Shown here: positions 37,578-51,508 of the stretch, one piece after another
How positions within the stretch are numbered: the first letter of the stretch is position 1
Layout: each line of letters starts with the position of its first letter
DNA from: the human T2T-CHM13v2.0 reference genome, Homo sapiens
DNA: 64,000 nucleotides
Strand: one strand, 5' to 3'
NCBI RefSeq assembly: GCF_009914755.1
Contig: NC_060940.1
Translations under genes and position numbers: made by a program
Notes under the pieces: model-generated
Seen by the model: the letters and a program-made list of their open reading frames with translations, nothing else
Told to the model about the DNA's origin: nothing
Database searches by the model: none

Positions 37578-38445
37578 AACAGCAGCATTCAGAACGCAAC
37601 ATGGTTACCAAGCCTTTCTAGTTCCCAAGAAAGCAGTTTTTCTAAACAGTGCACACAGAGAAGTGAATCCAAAAAGCATCACAAGATTCCTGTTGGTCCA
37701 GGAGCTTTCAGGAAATGAGAGCCACAGGTGAATCTAGCCAAGGAAGCCCCCAGTCCCATATTTAAGTTTGCGTCTAAATCTCAACCCGGGGATTGCTCTT
37801 CCAGCTTCTGTTCTGGAGTCTCAGTCTGGTTTCCCTGGCAGGATGCAAGGACACAGGGCTCCCAGATGGCATCGTCACACCACGGCCCCCATGGCAAGAG
37901 GATGCCAAAAATTCCAGGGCTCGACTTCCAGAAAGGGACTTGACTCAGACACTGCGGTTTGGAATTAACCTGCTCCATTCAACCAACTGGGGAACAAACA
38001 AGATTCCACATGTGAGGGCACTGACTGGGCTGAATGCCCTGTGGAAAGCGGGCAAACATGAGTGGAACTTCTTAGTAAACAAAGGACGGCCCTTGGCAGC
38101 CTGCACGGTACCAGTGTTTTCTAAAATGGCATTTTATTGCCTACATAATGCAATTTCATGACAAATTCTGGGCCGCCTTCCCACACCCCATATTAAGTTA
38201 TTTCTTTTTATTATGCTCATTTTATTGATGATGTCATGACACGGCCCATCAACCCTTAATTAAAACCACGGCTACAATGTTAGGCCCCCTTTAAACCATG
38301 AAAACCAGGGTTTTGGAGAAGTCCTTTAGGAGAGTTTGCTGCTGGGACGGACAAGGACCCTGCTTGCTCCAGGGCAGTCATTGTGGGTTTCCAGAAAAAA
38401 GGCAAGAGGTTCTCAGAGGTGCTGGGGTATGGGGGGATTCCAGGT

Positions 38446-38906
38446 TGTTAGGGGTTGAACTGTGTCCTCCGGAAAAAGGTGCATTGAAGTCCTAACCCCC
38501 CAGTGCCTCTGAAGGTGACCTTATCCGAGGGTGGTTGCAGATGTAATTAGTTACGATGAGGTCATACTGGAGTAGGGCGGGCCCCTAATTGAATATGACT
38601 GGTGTCCTTATAAAAAGACGGTCATGGAAACTCACAGAGACGCACGGGGGGAACACCACGTGAAGATGAAGAAATAACTCAGGGTGATTCTTCTGCAAAC
38701 CGAGGGACACCACAGGTCTCCAGCGACCACTGGAAGCTGGGAGGAGCCTGGGGAAAACCCTCCCTTACCTTCCTCCGAAGGAACCAGCCCTATGGACACC
38801 TTAATTTTGGACTTTCGGCCTCCAACACTGTGAGACAACATGTTTCCATTGCTTTAAGACACCCAGTTGTGGTGTTTTGTTATGGAAGCCCCGGGACACT
38901 CACACA
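38446..38906 (+). mobile_element. MaLR solo LTR (MLT1C-like)
   Basis: tgttaggggttgaactgtgtcc...gatgaggtcatactggagtaggg...tttaagacacccagttgtgg...cacaca. TSD caggt/caggg. Confidence 0.88.
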
Positions 38907-39816
38907 CAGGGTTTGACTGCGTCTTCCTGAGTTTAATCACCCAGGCTTGAAATACCCCACATGCAGGCAAATTCTGTGTTTCTCATCGGAACCACAATCA
39001 CATCTTCCTGGCCTGGACATCAAAGGCATTTTGGTGGGGACAGGATTTGCTCTGCGGCGGCCCCCAGCTTTGACCGTAGTTATAATCCGAACGTTCGGCA
39101 TTTGGGGGGAAATAAATGCACCCACATAATTAATTATAGAAAGGCCACTAGGGAGGCTCTGAGAGTTTCTAGGGTTTGAGTTTGTCTTGGGTTCCAAAAA
39201 AGGGCTCTGAAAAACTGGATGTCCTTCCAACACAATAGATCCCTGTTCTTTCATGTAGCACAAAGTTTGAGAACCTGTCACTGAGATCATTGATTCTGGG
39301 AGAACATGTTTGTTACATCCTCAGGGAATTCTTGGTCCTCATTTCCAGGTAGGGAAACCAAGGTTGGTAGAGGCAGCTGTGGGCCCAGATCACAGCCAGT
39401 GTTGGAGCCTCAGTGGCCAGCTGGTTGTGGTGACTGGACGTGGGCTCGCTGGGCACTAGTGTGTGGATGTGGAAGAGATATGCGTGTGTCTATGTGTGTG
39501 TGTGAGAGAGAGAGAGAGGCTTTATCTCTCATGAGAAGAGTAAAAACCTATGTAGTTAAAAGTCACTCTTGAAAAAAACTGCAGTGAGGTCTGTTTTTAT
39601 TGACTTATTAATTATAATATTATCAACATACATAGTGTAATTTAAGCAATGGCAAAAAAAAAAAAAGACAGTTGACACCTTTACAAGTAGATGCCTTCTA
39701 ATAGATTCATTTGAGTAAACATCATCTCTTTCTAAGGAGTCTCCCCAGAAATCTCAAGTTAAGCCACCAACAAAATCAGTCTTAGTTACACTGGTTTTTA
39801 AAAATAACAAATTGTT

Positions 39817-40218
<402 letters not shown>

Positions 40219-40654
40219 TTATCAATCAAGTTTATACCAGGATGTGGGTATATTTGTTTCCAGCTTCTTTACATGTCTGTGTATGTGTGTGCAATTTTGA
40301 ATTCCATTTTCATACATCTTGTAATACTTATATTATCATTAGACATGATATTATAGGAGTGTTAACTATTAATATCATTAATAACTCTTCATAATTATAA
40401 TTGTTGGTGCATGTCTTTAAATCTTATTTGCCACTTGTGATCGTTGACAAAGACTCAAGAGTGGAAACGTTAAGAAAAAGCACTTCTCAGCCATTGGGGC
40501 ACCATGGTTGGGGATGGGTTGGAAGGGGTGTTGATCACCAGGGCACTGCTTAACTGGTCATTCCACCAGGCTTCTGTTCTTGGTTTTTAAAGAGCTTGGT
40601 GCCTGTGCACTGTACCATGAACACAATAGTTACATCATAAAAATAACTTTCACA

Positions 40655-40800
40655 ACGATGACGACCACAAACTACCAAATGCCAGACACTGTGCTGAGCA
40701 CCTCCTGGGCATTGAACCATTCTCAACACCTAATCCCCACAGTGTTCCTATCAGGTGGCTCTGATTGTCATACACATTTGATGAGGCAACGCAGGCAGCA
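40655..40800 (-). mobile_element. MIR fragment
   Basis: aatgccagacactgtgctgagcac...taatccccacag. Confidence 0.55.
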
Positions 40801-41568
40801 AAAGCCGAGGTGCTGCAACTCACAGGCACACTGTATACCCACCAACAGGGTATGGGAGACAGAGATCCAATCACTTCCCTTCCCATGTCCGAAGCATCTC
40901 CAGGGACCTGGAAGTTGGAATTGGTGCATTCTGCATAGACATCGCACTCTTTGTGGATGTCTGATTGCATGTGCCCAGGTGCATTGCAAAGGAGCTCTTC
41001 TCCTGGCACCTTCTGCTGGAGGAGGGACCTGGGAAGGTTTTATCTGGCAATTCAGCCTAACTAGTTACTTTTCGTAAATCACTTTGAATCCTACCTCAAA
41101 ATCAACATGAAAAGGCCCATCTTTGAATGTTTTTGCCCAGAGTTTATGGTGCTGTACATATTTCTAAGCAACAGAAACCAAACTTTCCCCAATATTCAAA
41201 CCTCTTCAAGGAATGTTTTTAAAAAACATGTGGTCAACTTTGAATTTTATGTGAGCATTTTTTTAAAGAATCTATTTACATGCACCATCAACATGTGGTT
41301 TTACTGGATGTAGAGTCAGTCTTCCTCCAGAGATACATTAACATGTTGTCAATCATGAAAGTCGGAAAAACAATTATTCTGCACTTCAGTAGATTATGTT
41401 GATGTATGATCATGCAACTATTTGGGTTAATAGGAAACTGCATCTAAGTTCTTACTTCACTTTGGATATTTTACTGATATTTTGGGGGATGAGGCACTGC
41501 TTGTTGCCCTGGGTGTGAGTAATGTGGCGGTGGAAACCCACTGCGTTAGTACAGCAGTTAACCTAGGG

Positions 41569-41764
41569 CAGGGGTTCCCAACCAGGGGTGATTTTGCTGC
41601 CCAGGGACAACTGGCAATGTCTGCAGAGGTTTTCGTTTGCCATTACTTGGAGGGGAGAGTGCTCCTGGTCTCTACTGGGAAGATGCTACCGTGGACTAAA
41701 TAGTGCCCTACGACGAAGAGTTATACCACCCAAAGGTCAGCAACGCCAAGGGCAAGAAACTCTG
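41569..41764 (+). mobile_element. MER20 (hAT-Charlie MITE)
   Basis: caggggttcccaaccaggggtgattttgctgcccagggacaactggcaatgtctg...agaaactctg. Confidence 0.85.
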
Positions 41765-41779
41765 ATCTAAGATAATTTG

Positions 41780-41992
41780 TCTTTATAAAAATCATATACA
41801 GATAAATATAATATTTAAATGTATATAATGTACAATATAATTTATATTATACTAGAATATTTTTAAACATAATTGAAATTTTAATATTTAAATGTATTTA
41901 TATAATTTATATATTTGAATATTTTAGAACATAATTTTAAACATTTAGATTTTATAATTTTATAAATATATAAAATTTTATAAATATATAAA
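41780..41992. repeat. AT-rich low-complexity tract
   Basis: Almost entirely A/T, with repeated tataaatata/aatatt units. Confidence 0.9.
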
Positions 41993-42244
41993 ACTTCTCA
42001 GTGTAGCTGCTGAGAAGTCTGGAGTTTTGTTCACTTCTGGGAAGATTTTCTTATCTTTCTCTTCCAACTTTTGCCTTGAACTTTTTCACTTATGCTATCG
42101 TGTTTTTCTCTGCTAAGAGCTTTTTGAGGAATACTGTTTTTGTTTCATGAATACAATATTTTCTTTTCTTTCTCTGAGGTTATTCATAGTAGCCTTTCTT
42201 ATTTTAAATTTTTGCTTACTGAATAGTCTTTTTCCTTCCTGTTC

Positions 42245-42530
42245 CTTTTTGTTGTTGTTGTTACTGAGGTAAAATACGTATAAAGTTTGCCCTTTTCACC
42301 ATTTAAACGTTTCAATCTAGTGGCATTTAGAACATTCACAGTGTGGTGCCATCGCCGCTTCTCTCTAGCCCCACAACACTCCCATCACCCCACAAGGAAA
42401 CTTGTGCCCATTAGCAGCCATTCCCACCCCTCTCCCTGCAGCCCCTGATAATCATTCAAGCACTTCCTGTCTCTGTGGATTTGTCTGTTCTGAATGTTTT
42501 ACGTGAACAGAATCAGACCTCTTGTGTCTG
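42245..42530 (-). mobile_element. Old L1 (L1MA/MB-like) 3' end
   Basis: tgaggtaaaat...gtggcatttagaacattcacagtg...cagcccctgataatc...ctgtctctgtggatttg. Confidence 0.75.
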
Positions 42531-45500
42531 CGAGATGGGGGGTCCCAGGTTGCCATCTCCTATTTAAGAGCAGGACAATGAAGGCCAAGGGGTGCCCCCA
42601 AGGATCTTGGTAAGAATGTGATGAGTGTGGGGTCCCTGTGGGGTCTGTCGAGGCCATGTCATTAGGGACCCCCAATGTCAGCACGTTTGGGCATTGCTCC
42701 TTGGACTCTAGTTCCCCATGGTGGGCTCTTCTCCTCCCTGCCTGGAGATCTAGAGGCCCAGGGCTAACGTTCTGAGAGTCAGCGGGTGGTGAGGGCCTGG
42801 GTGGGGGGAAGGATCAGCCTCCACACTGAACAAGTCATACTCCTTCAATCTCCTGCTTCCTGCACAGACTCCCACCCTAGCTGGGCTCCAGAGACCCCTG
42901 TGCCAGCCTTTCAGAGAATGAACGAGCCTCCATCTGCTGCCAAAGTTGGGGCACCTGGCTGTCTGCAGCAGAGAAAAAAGCTGAGGCCCTGCTTCTCCCC
43001 ACTCCTAGAAGCACCTGGTGCTACCCATTCCTGAGCCTTTAGGGGTTCTCTGCCCCACATCGAGGGATGGAGTTTTCCCCTTCTCTACCAAGGCTGCATT
43101 AGGATTCAACTTCCCGGGGGCAGGCGGGAGGCGAGGTCAGTTAACACTCCTCCAGGGGCCTGTAGCTTCCAAATTTCTCTGCAGTTTCCACCTCTCTTGT
43201 TGCATTCCCAGGTTTGTGCCTTAAACAAAGTCCCTTCAGTGTCATCTAGCGATGCTTCAGGAAGAAGCCCCCTGCTACCCCCAACAACAGCCTCAGCTCT
43301 GGAGACACCGCCCCTCTCCCCGTGCCCACCGGCACCCACTCCTAATGTAGAGAGGCAGAGCATGCGTCCAAGAATAAGGACTGTCTGCTCCGACCTTGAT
43401 GCCTCTCACAGCACCACCAGCTGGATGAGCCCAGGAGCCCTGGGGACATGGGGTGGACTGGAGGACAAAGACGGCCCCCTCCCCACTCCACTTCACTCTC
43501 TCAGTTTCACTGCGATTATCCTCCTGTGCTCTGCGGTGTTACCGCCAATGCTTTAATTGCTTGGAAAACAAGTCAGTGGTCACCTGTGTGTTCCTGCCAC
43601 AGAAATGAGTAGGATTTTTAGGTGCCAAAACCTACCCAAGCTACTTCAAGGGGCTTCATTTGCTTTTCAAGCGAGGTGCCTGGGGAAGAGGAACACCTAC
43701 AGGAAAAGGTAAATCGCTGTTCCTTCCTGTTTTCTGCCATTGCTTATTGCTGAAGTGGCCAGTCTTCATCCGAGTCGAGCAGGAGCAGTTACACAGCAAG
43801 GAGGCAGAGGGTCCGTCGGCCCCTGCCTGGAGTCAGCTGCCCGGCACCTGCCCCCGACGTGGCCTTGTCCTCGGGAAGGGGTCACGCTTCAGATGCCTGA
43901 TCCAGCTCAGATCTCAGGGCAGTCCTGGGGGAGGTGAACTCACCCTCCCCCATGATACCCTCACCATGTCAGAGGTCAGAGGGCATGGCATGGGATTTAA
44001 GCCAATCACCAGCTCACAATTCTACAGACAATTATCTCGGATTTGAGTTAAAAGGCCAGCCAGGACAGAACCCAGTCACCACACATTCCTCTGCTAATGT
44101 GTCGTTTCTTGGAAATGCACAAACAAATAAAGCAAAAAGCACGCCCCACCGCTGGTGAGTTCTCACGACTCTGCTTGCTGATGTGGATACACTGACAGTA
44201 GCTCTCAAGGGTTTTAACACTCCGGACAATTTAAAATAAAGGAGCTGGTTTAGGGAGGAAAGAATACAGGATGTTTTAAACACCAGAAAACTGAAAATTC
44301 TTGTCCCAGGAAATCAGTGACCCCTACGGATGAGCACTTGGAATGAAGGGTCACTGTAAATGGAAAAATGAGAACAACGACCCTATTACAAAGAAAGCCC
44401 AGGGTAAGGGAATACCAATTGGTACCAATTAGAGACGGATCAGTTAGGTGGGGAAAGTTCAGATCCCCTCTGGAGTATATTTATATATCCTCTCTAGAGC
44501 CAAAGCCTAGTTAACCTGTGACTGGCTATCGGCTTCCCCCATCGGTGACCCAATCCACACTCTCTCTGCAAGATATTTCAACGGTGGCTGACTCTACTCA
44601 ACGTTATTTGTAAATATGTTGCAGGGGACACGTTTTTTCCGACTGTCTGAAACACTGCAAACCGAATTGCCTTCCAGAATGAGGACAGTAATGTGGTCTG
44701 GCCAGGCAAGAGGGTGCCAGGCAATAGGGAGTGGTGGGGCCTGTGGCTGAGCCCCAGGCACACAGCGGGGAACACCTGTGGCCAGACCTTCTGGGTTTAT
44801 CAAGAGCAGCAGGACAACTGGATTTATAAGGTAAGATGTCTCCACTTTGAAAACATTGTAGGCCAACACAAGATGCCTGAGGCAATTGAAGACTCCTAGA
44901 CTAAAGTCACAGAAAATGACGGCGGCTTTTCTCTACGCATTGACCAAACCCTCTCGCCTCCCATAAAGGGACAGCTGGTGGTACTGCGGTCTACCCGCAG
45001 GCTTCTGGCTGGGCCAGAGAGCTCCCCAGCCTACAATACTGTCTAGTTCTTGCCTCTGGCCAGGAGGCCTTTTTTGCTCTCCTCCAAATGCAATTTGAGT
45101 TGAGCATTAACCTCACAAAGTGGCATTCCCATTACGATCTGAGAGGCGGAGGCTGACGACTTTGTAGTCGCCCTATGAACGGGGCTCCAGCTTGACTGCA
45201 GGTTGAATCATTCAGTACAGACCTTGGAGTTCCTTTGCCTGGTCTCTTCCCCATCGTAGGTTTATTCACTTACTCTCTGGTATTTATTGAATGCCCTTCA
45301 GGGCCTAGACACTGTGGATATCGCTTGATGAGGTTGATGACTTCAATAAAAAATGTCGTTCTTAGCACTGGCTCCGGGGAGCTGGTGCAGGTATGATGTT
45401 TGGTGCTTCCCTTGAAGGGGGAGCTTCAAGAGAGACTTGACACATCCTGGGCTGCCTGAGACAGCTCGTTGGTCCTTTCAGCCTAAGCACTTCTGTAAAA

Positions 45501-48500
45501 CCCTCTTACCCAACCAGCATCTCTCCCTCAAAATGTCTCAAACTGATTTCTGCTCATTTGATACTTGGGACTGAAAACAAATGAGAAAATTAGAGATGAT
45601 CCCTAAAGTTAGGGACCACACTTCCTGATGGGAAGTCTGAGCCCCCAGACCCAGTGCCATTCACCCAGTGTTCGCCATACTTCCTGCCCTTTCAGAACGC
45701 CCAGGTTTATCAGCGTACAGCTCTTGTTAGGAGAAAATAATCAATTGCCTGTTTTAATAAGCGAACGCAATCTTCTTCTAGGGAGGCTGGTAACCTGAAG
45801 GCCACGTGGGTTTAAAAGATGCATAATTAGGATGGGTCTGGTTGCCCTAGAATAAGAGGCAGAGCTCATGCGAGCGCTCACCTTCTGGCTGCGATGGAAA
45901 CATTTCCCACTGCGTACAGCTCTAGTGACTCCTTGATGTGTAAGCATGTGTGATACAATTCACGTGAACAAACAGCCAACCCAAGTAACAGGACGAGGCT
46001 TGGCATTCAGATGTTAATCCGCATAAGCCCAAGCGCTGATAACCATGACGTTTTGGAAACCAGACACCATAGATCATTAGACAACAATGCCAAGCCGTAG
46101 GTTGTGCCTGAACGCTCCCTAGTCCCTGGGTTCAAATCCCAGAGGTTGACTTTTGTCCCTGATTACTTTTTTTTTCCTTTCGGTGGGACAAAAATCATGG
46201 AAACACAATTTAACCTCCACCTTTTCTTGTCCCCTTAGACCGGGATCACATTTCAGCAAAATAGTGGACACACTGCTAGTGGCTGGTGTTGATTTTACAG
46301 TTGTCATTTCCAGTTTACCTTGCAGAGCTTCATCTTTAAGTGAGTAACAAATAGCTACTAAAAATCTCTCCGGGGCGTTTTTGTTCTTTTTTTTTTTTCT
46401 TTCTTTCTGCATGCAGTAACTGCCCATAAACCAACTAGGGTAAAAAAGACAGGGATGTCTGCCACAGTGAAACAGGCTTTTAAAAGACAAACTACACTCA
46501 TCCTGGGGCATGTAACATAAAAATTGTGTTGGTTAAGCAAGCAGATGAAAATAGAACAATAATGTCCCATGCTTTTGGCTGCAGGGACAGCGTATCCATG
46601 CTGGATGGAGCCTCTCACAGTTAGAGGTGCTTTGCATGAGGTACATCTTGCTTGCCTCCTTCATGTTGTCTTTTCTCTGTTAACTTCAAAAGTGTAAAGC
46701 AAGTCCTCTCCCAGAAGGGTAAAATTTCCACGGTGACAGATTCAAAGAGTAAAGCAAGTGAGGGTCTAAAGCAAAAAGAAAACAGTCTCTTATTTGATAA
46801 ATGGTTTGAATTTAATGACTGGGGAAAAGCCCAAATCAGACAATTTGTGACTTGATCAAGCCCCAGGTCCCTTCTTGCAAAGCTGTGACAAGCAAAAGGC
46901 GCGGCTGGTCTAAGAAGACTGACATTTCTGGGACACCTGCTGTTTAGTCACTGCCCTTTAGCCCAAGTTAACTAGGAGCTGAAATACACAGGTTGGTGAT
47001 GTTGCTAAGCCAACATGGAAAAGAGTGGTTTTTAGGGTTGTACATTTTAAGGTTTTTTACAAGTAAAAATAAAGTTTTGAAAGAGCAGCAGCACTTTCGC
47101 ATCCTCTTGCCTTCATTTTCCAACTCTACGAACTTGTGAACTATGAGGGGTTTGGTTATAGGGTTTCTAAGAAGTCTGAGTTTAAAATTCTTATAGAGAA
47201 TGAAAGCAGGTAGAAATATTGCCATTCCAGGATTGAGTGAAGTCATCTGAACTAACCCTCGAATTGGTTCATTCATTCATTTCTTTGTTGTTTATCCCAC
47301 AAATATCTATGGATAATGGTCCAGGCAATAGGCTAGGTGCCGGGGATAAGTGGTTTTGACAAAGTTCTCCATCTCATATTCCCTCTCTTGAGAAGGAGAG
47401 GGGGCCCACGGACTGAAGTGACTTGTCTAGGATTACACAGCAAGCTCAGTTCTGTGCTTGGCCCCCCCCTGCTTTTTTTTGAAGACTTAAAAAAAAATCA
47501 TATTTCTTATGAAAGGCATGTTTCACCATGTTTTCCTTCTTGTCAACGGGAAAAACAAACTCCCTCCAGCAGAGGTCCCAGGCTACAGTCATGACATACT
47601 GACTTCCACTTGCCTTCCCTAAAACTGTTTTCCTTCCCCCAAGAAAACCAAAAAGACCACTTGGCTTTCCTGCTTCCCTCTTGCAAATGTGGCTGCAGCA
47701 GTGGCCTGGCAGAATTGGAAAGGCGGATTCTGGGTTTTGGGAGGGTTATCTACATAGACGACCACATGTCCAAGTTTGCGTAGGGTGGTCTCAGTTTCTG
47801 CCTGCTGACCTGGCATCTCCGTTAGCATACTTTTCAACTCTCAAAGGTGCCTTGGTTTGGATGATGCATTACGGCCATTCTACATGTAGGACACTTTTAA
47901 ATACTATTCTGCCCGTTACATGTGGGTCACACAGCCCAGGCTTCCCTGGCAGTGGAGATGTTCCCCCTGTTGGAGCTCATAGCGCAAGGGGAAATAGGCT
48001 GGTTCTCTTAGAACATGGAGGACAATGGCCCCTGAAAACCCATTGACTTGTTGACTAGCTACATCAATCTTAGTGGATTTGTCGCCAAAGCCAGACACGT
48101 CCATAACATGTGCAGGACCCAGGACAAGGGTCAATATGAAAACCCACATGTCTTATATTCAGATATTTTAACATTATAAATCAAAGAGCTAAATAGACTC
48201 TTTTCTCCTGACTTGTCAAATGGAGCTTCATGACTACCCGGAAGGTGGGGTTTGAATGCAGAACTGTCATACTCCTAGGAGCTCCATGCTGACAGGTGCA
48301 CATGGGGAAAGCCAGTCTTCGACCCCAGACCATGGCCTGTCCCCCTTCTTGTCTCATCCTGGTCCCTTTCTGCAGGGCGAGGGGTCTCAGATTCATCGGT
48401 GCAGATGCCGTAGCCATGCATCAAGCTCTGCTCATATCCCTTGCAAACAGCCATCCCTCGACCACCTCTTCAGGCTCATCTGTAAAAGAAGTGCTGTGAA

Positions 48501-49034
48501 CAAGACTAGCACAGGCCTTGGGAGTGAGTTTGGGGCCGTTTGGGCCAGGAGCTCTGGCCTGGGTACCCAGAGCATGACCTAGAGGTGAAGGTGCAGGTCC
48601 AGATGGGCGGTCTCCTCGTATTTGGCTCCTGGCTTCCCCGTGACCTGTAGCACCATGACATGGTGAACGGCTTCCATGTTGTCTGCCTGGCACACCCTTC
48701 ATGCTCTCGTCATGGGTGGAATCCCGATCTGTCTCTCATCGCTGACCACAAGGGCATAGCAGTCTTTTCGGTCTGGGCTGCCTTTTCATTCTTGACTATT
48801 TCAGTCCTAGCACACTGACTTTCCCTGCCCCCCACCTAAGCCTTTAAGCCTGAGTCAGAATGACTTTTGCTATTCTTCTCAAATCGGTCTCATTCTTCTG
48901 TCTCCACTTGTCTAACTACCTCTTACTCTACCGAAAGGCCTCTTAGTTCCTCTGAGTTAGGGTTTCCATTTCCTAATGTTTTTAAGTTCAGGACTTATTC
49001 TATGTCATGAAATGGATGTTACAAAGACAAAACA

Positions 49035-49351
49035 GGCCAGGCGCGGTGGCTTACGCCTGTAATCCCAGCACTTTGGGAGGCCGAGGCGGGCAGATCACCT
49101 GAGGTCAGGAGTTCGAGACCAGCCTGGCCAACATGGCAAAACCCTGTCTCTACTAAAAATACAAAAATTAGCCAGGCATGGTGGCGGTAGCCTGTAATCC
49201 CAGCTACTTGGGAGGCTGAGGCAGGAGAATTGCTTGAACCCAGGGGAGGAGGTTGCAGTGAGCTGAGATCGCACCATTGCACTCCAGCCTTGGGGATACA
49301 GCGAGACTCTGTCTCCAGGGGGAAAAGAAAAGGGGGGGGGAGGCAGGGGAG
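49035..49351 (+). mobile_element. Alu (AluSx/Sz-like) with a G-rich tail
   Basis: Full dimer. Tail gggggaaaagaaaagggggggggaggcaggggag. TSD caaaaca. Confidence 0.95.
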
Positions 49352-49534
49352 CAAAACAAATCTACTGTGGAGATTCTATGTCTGATATATGAGAAACAGA
49401 ATACGCATCCTTTATCTCTGAATTCTTCAAGTAGGGACCAACTCCCATGCACTCTAGAAGTGAGTCCACGAAGTTTATATTCTTAATCATATTTGCAAAC
49501 AAAAAGGTGCAGTATATTTTTGCTCAAAAAGGGT

Positions 49535-49790
49535 CCTCAGCAAATATTTGGTGAGTGAATAAACGAATGAATGAGTGAATTGCCAAGAACCCAGATTTGG
49601 GAGGCTGATAGACCTGGTTTGAATCCTGGTTATGTCACTTATTGAATGGGACACCTAAGGCAGTTTTCTTAATAACTCAGCCCCAGATAAGGAAGTACAA
49701 CCTTAGAGGGTTGCAATGAAGGTGAAATTAGGTAATATTTGTAACGACTTAGCAGAGTACACAGCATAAAGAAAGCATCTAATTATACAA
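49535..49790 (+). mobile_element. L2 tail followed by MIR
   Basis: caaatatttggtgagtgaataaacgaatgaatgagtgaa, then agacctggtttgaatcctgg...gggttgcaatgaagg. Confidence 0.65.
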
Positions 49791-49904
49791 GCTGAAAACA
49801 ACAAGCATTTAATGCCGTAGAATCAAATGGAGGTTGAGACCCCAAAGGCGTTGTTTGTTCAACTGTGGCGTTAAACAAAACACTTTTGTAACATAAAAAG
49901 TTTG

Positions 49905-50108
49905 CAGAGGTGTCCAATCTTTTGGCTTCCCTGGGCCACATTGGAAGAATTGTCTTGGGCCACATATAAAATACACTAACCATATCTGATGAGCTAAAAA
50001 AAAAAAAAAAAAAATTGCAAAAAACATCTCATAATGTTTTAAGAAAGTTTACGAATTTGTGTTGGACCACATTCAAAGCCATTCTGGGCCACGGATTGGA
50101 TGAGTTTG
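49905..50108 (+). mobile_element. MER30 (hAT-Charlie MITE)
   Basis: cagaggtgtccaatcttttggcttccctgggccacattggaagaattgtcttgggccac...aagaaagtttacgaatttgtgttgg. Confidence 0.9.
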
Positions 50109-50451
50109 GTTTAAAGACCTCCCCCTGATTTTTTTGCAAAAAATTTTAAAGGCCTTGCTCCTAGAGAGTACATTGTCTTCCAAGAAGTGAGAATCATTTC
50201 AGACAGTTTGGTATCAACAAAGTTTGAATAAGAATAATAATATCATTATTATGCCAAAAGAATTATAGTACATATACAATTCTTCCACTTCCTTTTTTTT
50301 CATTAACTGTGTATTTCATTCATAATACACTGTCCACATTGATTTACAAGGATATCTCATTTAAAATGTGTTTCATATCATTTCACTGCATGAATATTTC
50401 TTGATGTTTTTGCCCAGTCCCCTATGAATGGACTTGGGGCTGTTTCTATGC

Positions 50452-50759
50452 TTTTTTTTTTTTTTTTTTTTTTTTTTTGAGATGGAGTCTTGCTCTGTTG
50501 CCCAGGCTGGAGTGCAGTGGTGCTATCTCAGCTCACTGCAAGCTCCACCTCCTGGGTTAATGCCATTCTTCTGCCTCAGCTTCCAGAATAGCTGGGACTA
50601 CAAGCACCTGCCACCACGCCCGGCTAATTTGTTGTATTTTTAGTAGAGACAGGGTTTCACTGTGTTAGCCAGCATGGTCTCAATCTCCTGATCTCATGAT
50701 CTGCCTGCCTCGGCCTTCCAAAGTGCTAGGATTACAGGCATGAGCCACCGTGCCCAGCC
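50452..50759 (-). mobile_element. AluY-like
   Basis: gcaagctccacctcctgggttaatgccattc, with a long poly(T) tail. Confidence 0.92.
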
Positions 50760-51076
50760 CCCTAGCTTATTTTTTAGTGGGTTAATTTCTAGGAATGAAA
50801 TTTCTAGGTAAATTTGGTAAATGGAGAAATTGCATTTTGATAAAAAGTTCCAACTTGGCTTCTCCAAAAGATAGACCAGCCATGTTTGAAGGGGGTTTAC
50901 TTCCCAAAATTCCAACCAACATGGAACATTCTGGTTCTTTTTAATTTTGGACAACCTGGCAGACAAAAGTAAGATCTCCTGTTTTGAACATGTGCCTGTA
51001 TTTGATGACTAACAGTGCTGAAGCACACTTCATGTGAACGTTGGCCATTGCTGCCATGTTTTCATGAGATGCCTGA

Positions 51077-51508
<432 letters not shown>

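Noticed and set aside
41780-41992. AT-rich tract as a replication origin or MAR
   Set aside because: It is low-complexity sequence between MER20 and old L1 fragments, and nothing beyond composition supports a function.
46120-46150. Pol III B-box (GGTTCAAATCC) suggesting a tRNA or ncRNA gene
   Set aside because: No cloverleaf or convincing A-box. It is most likely an eroded tRNA-derived SINE head or a chance match.
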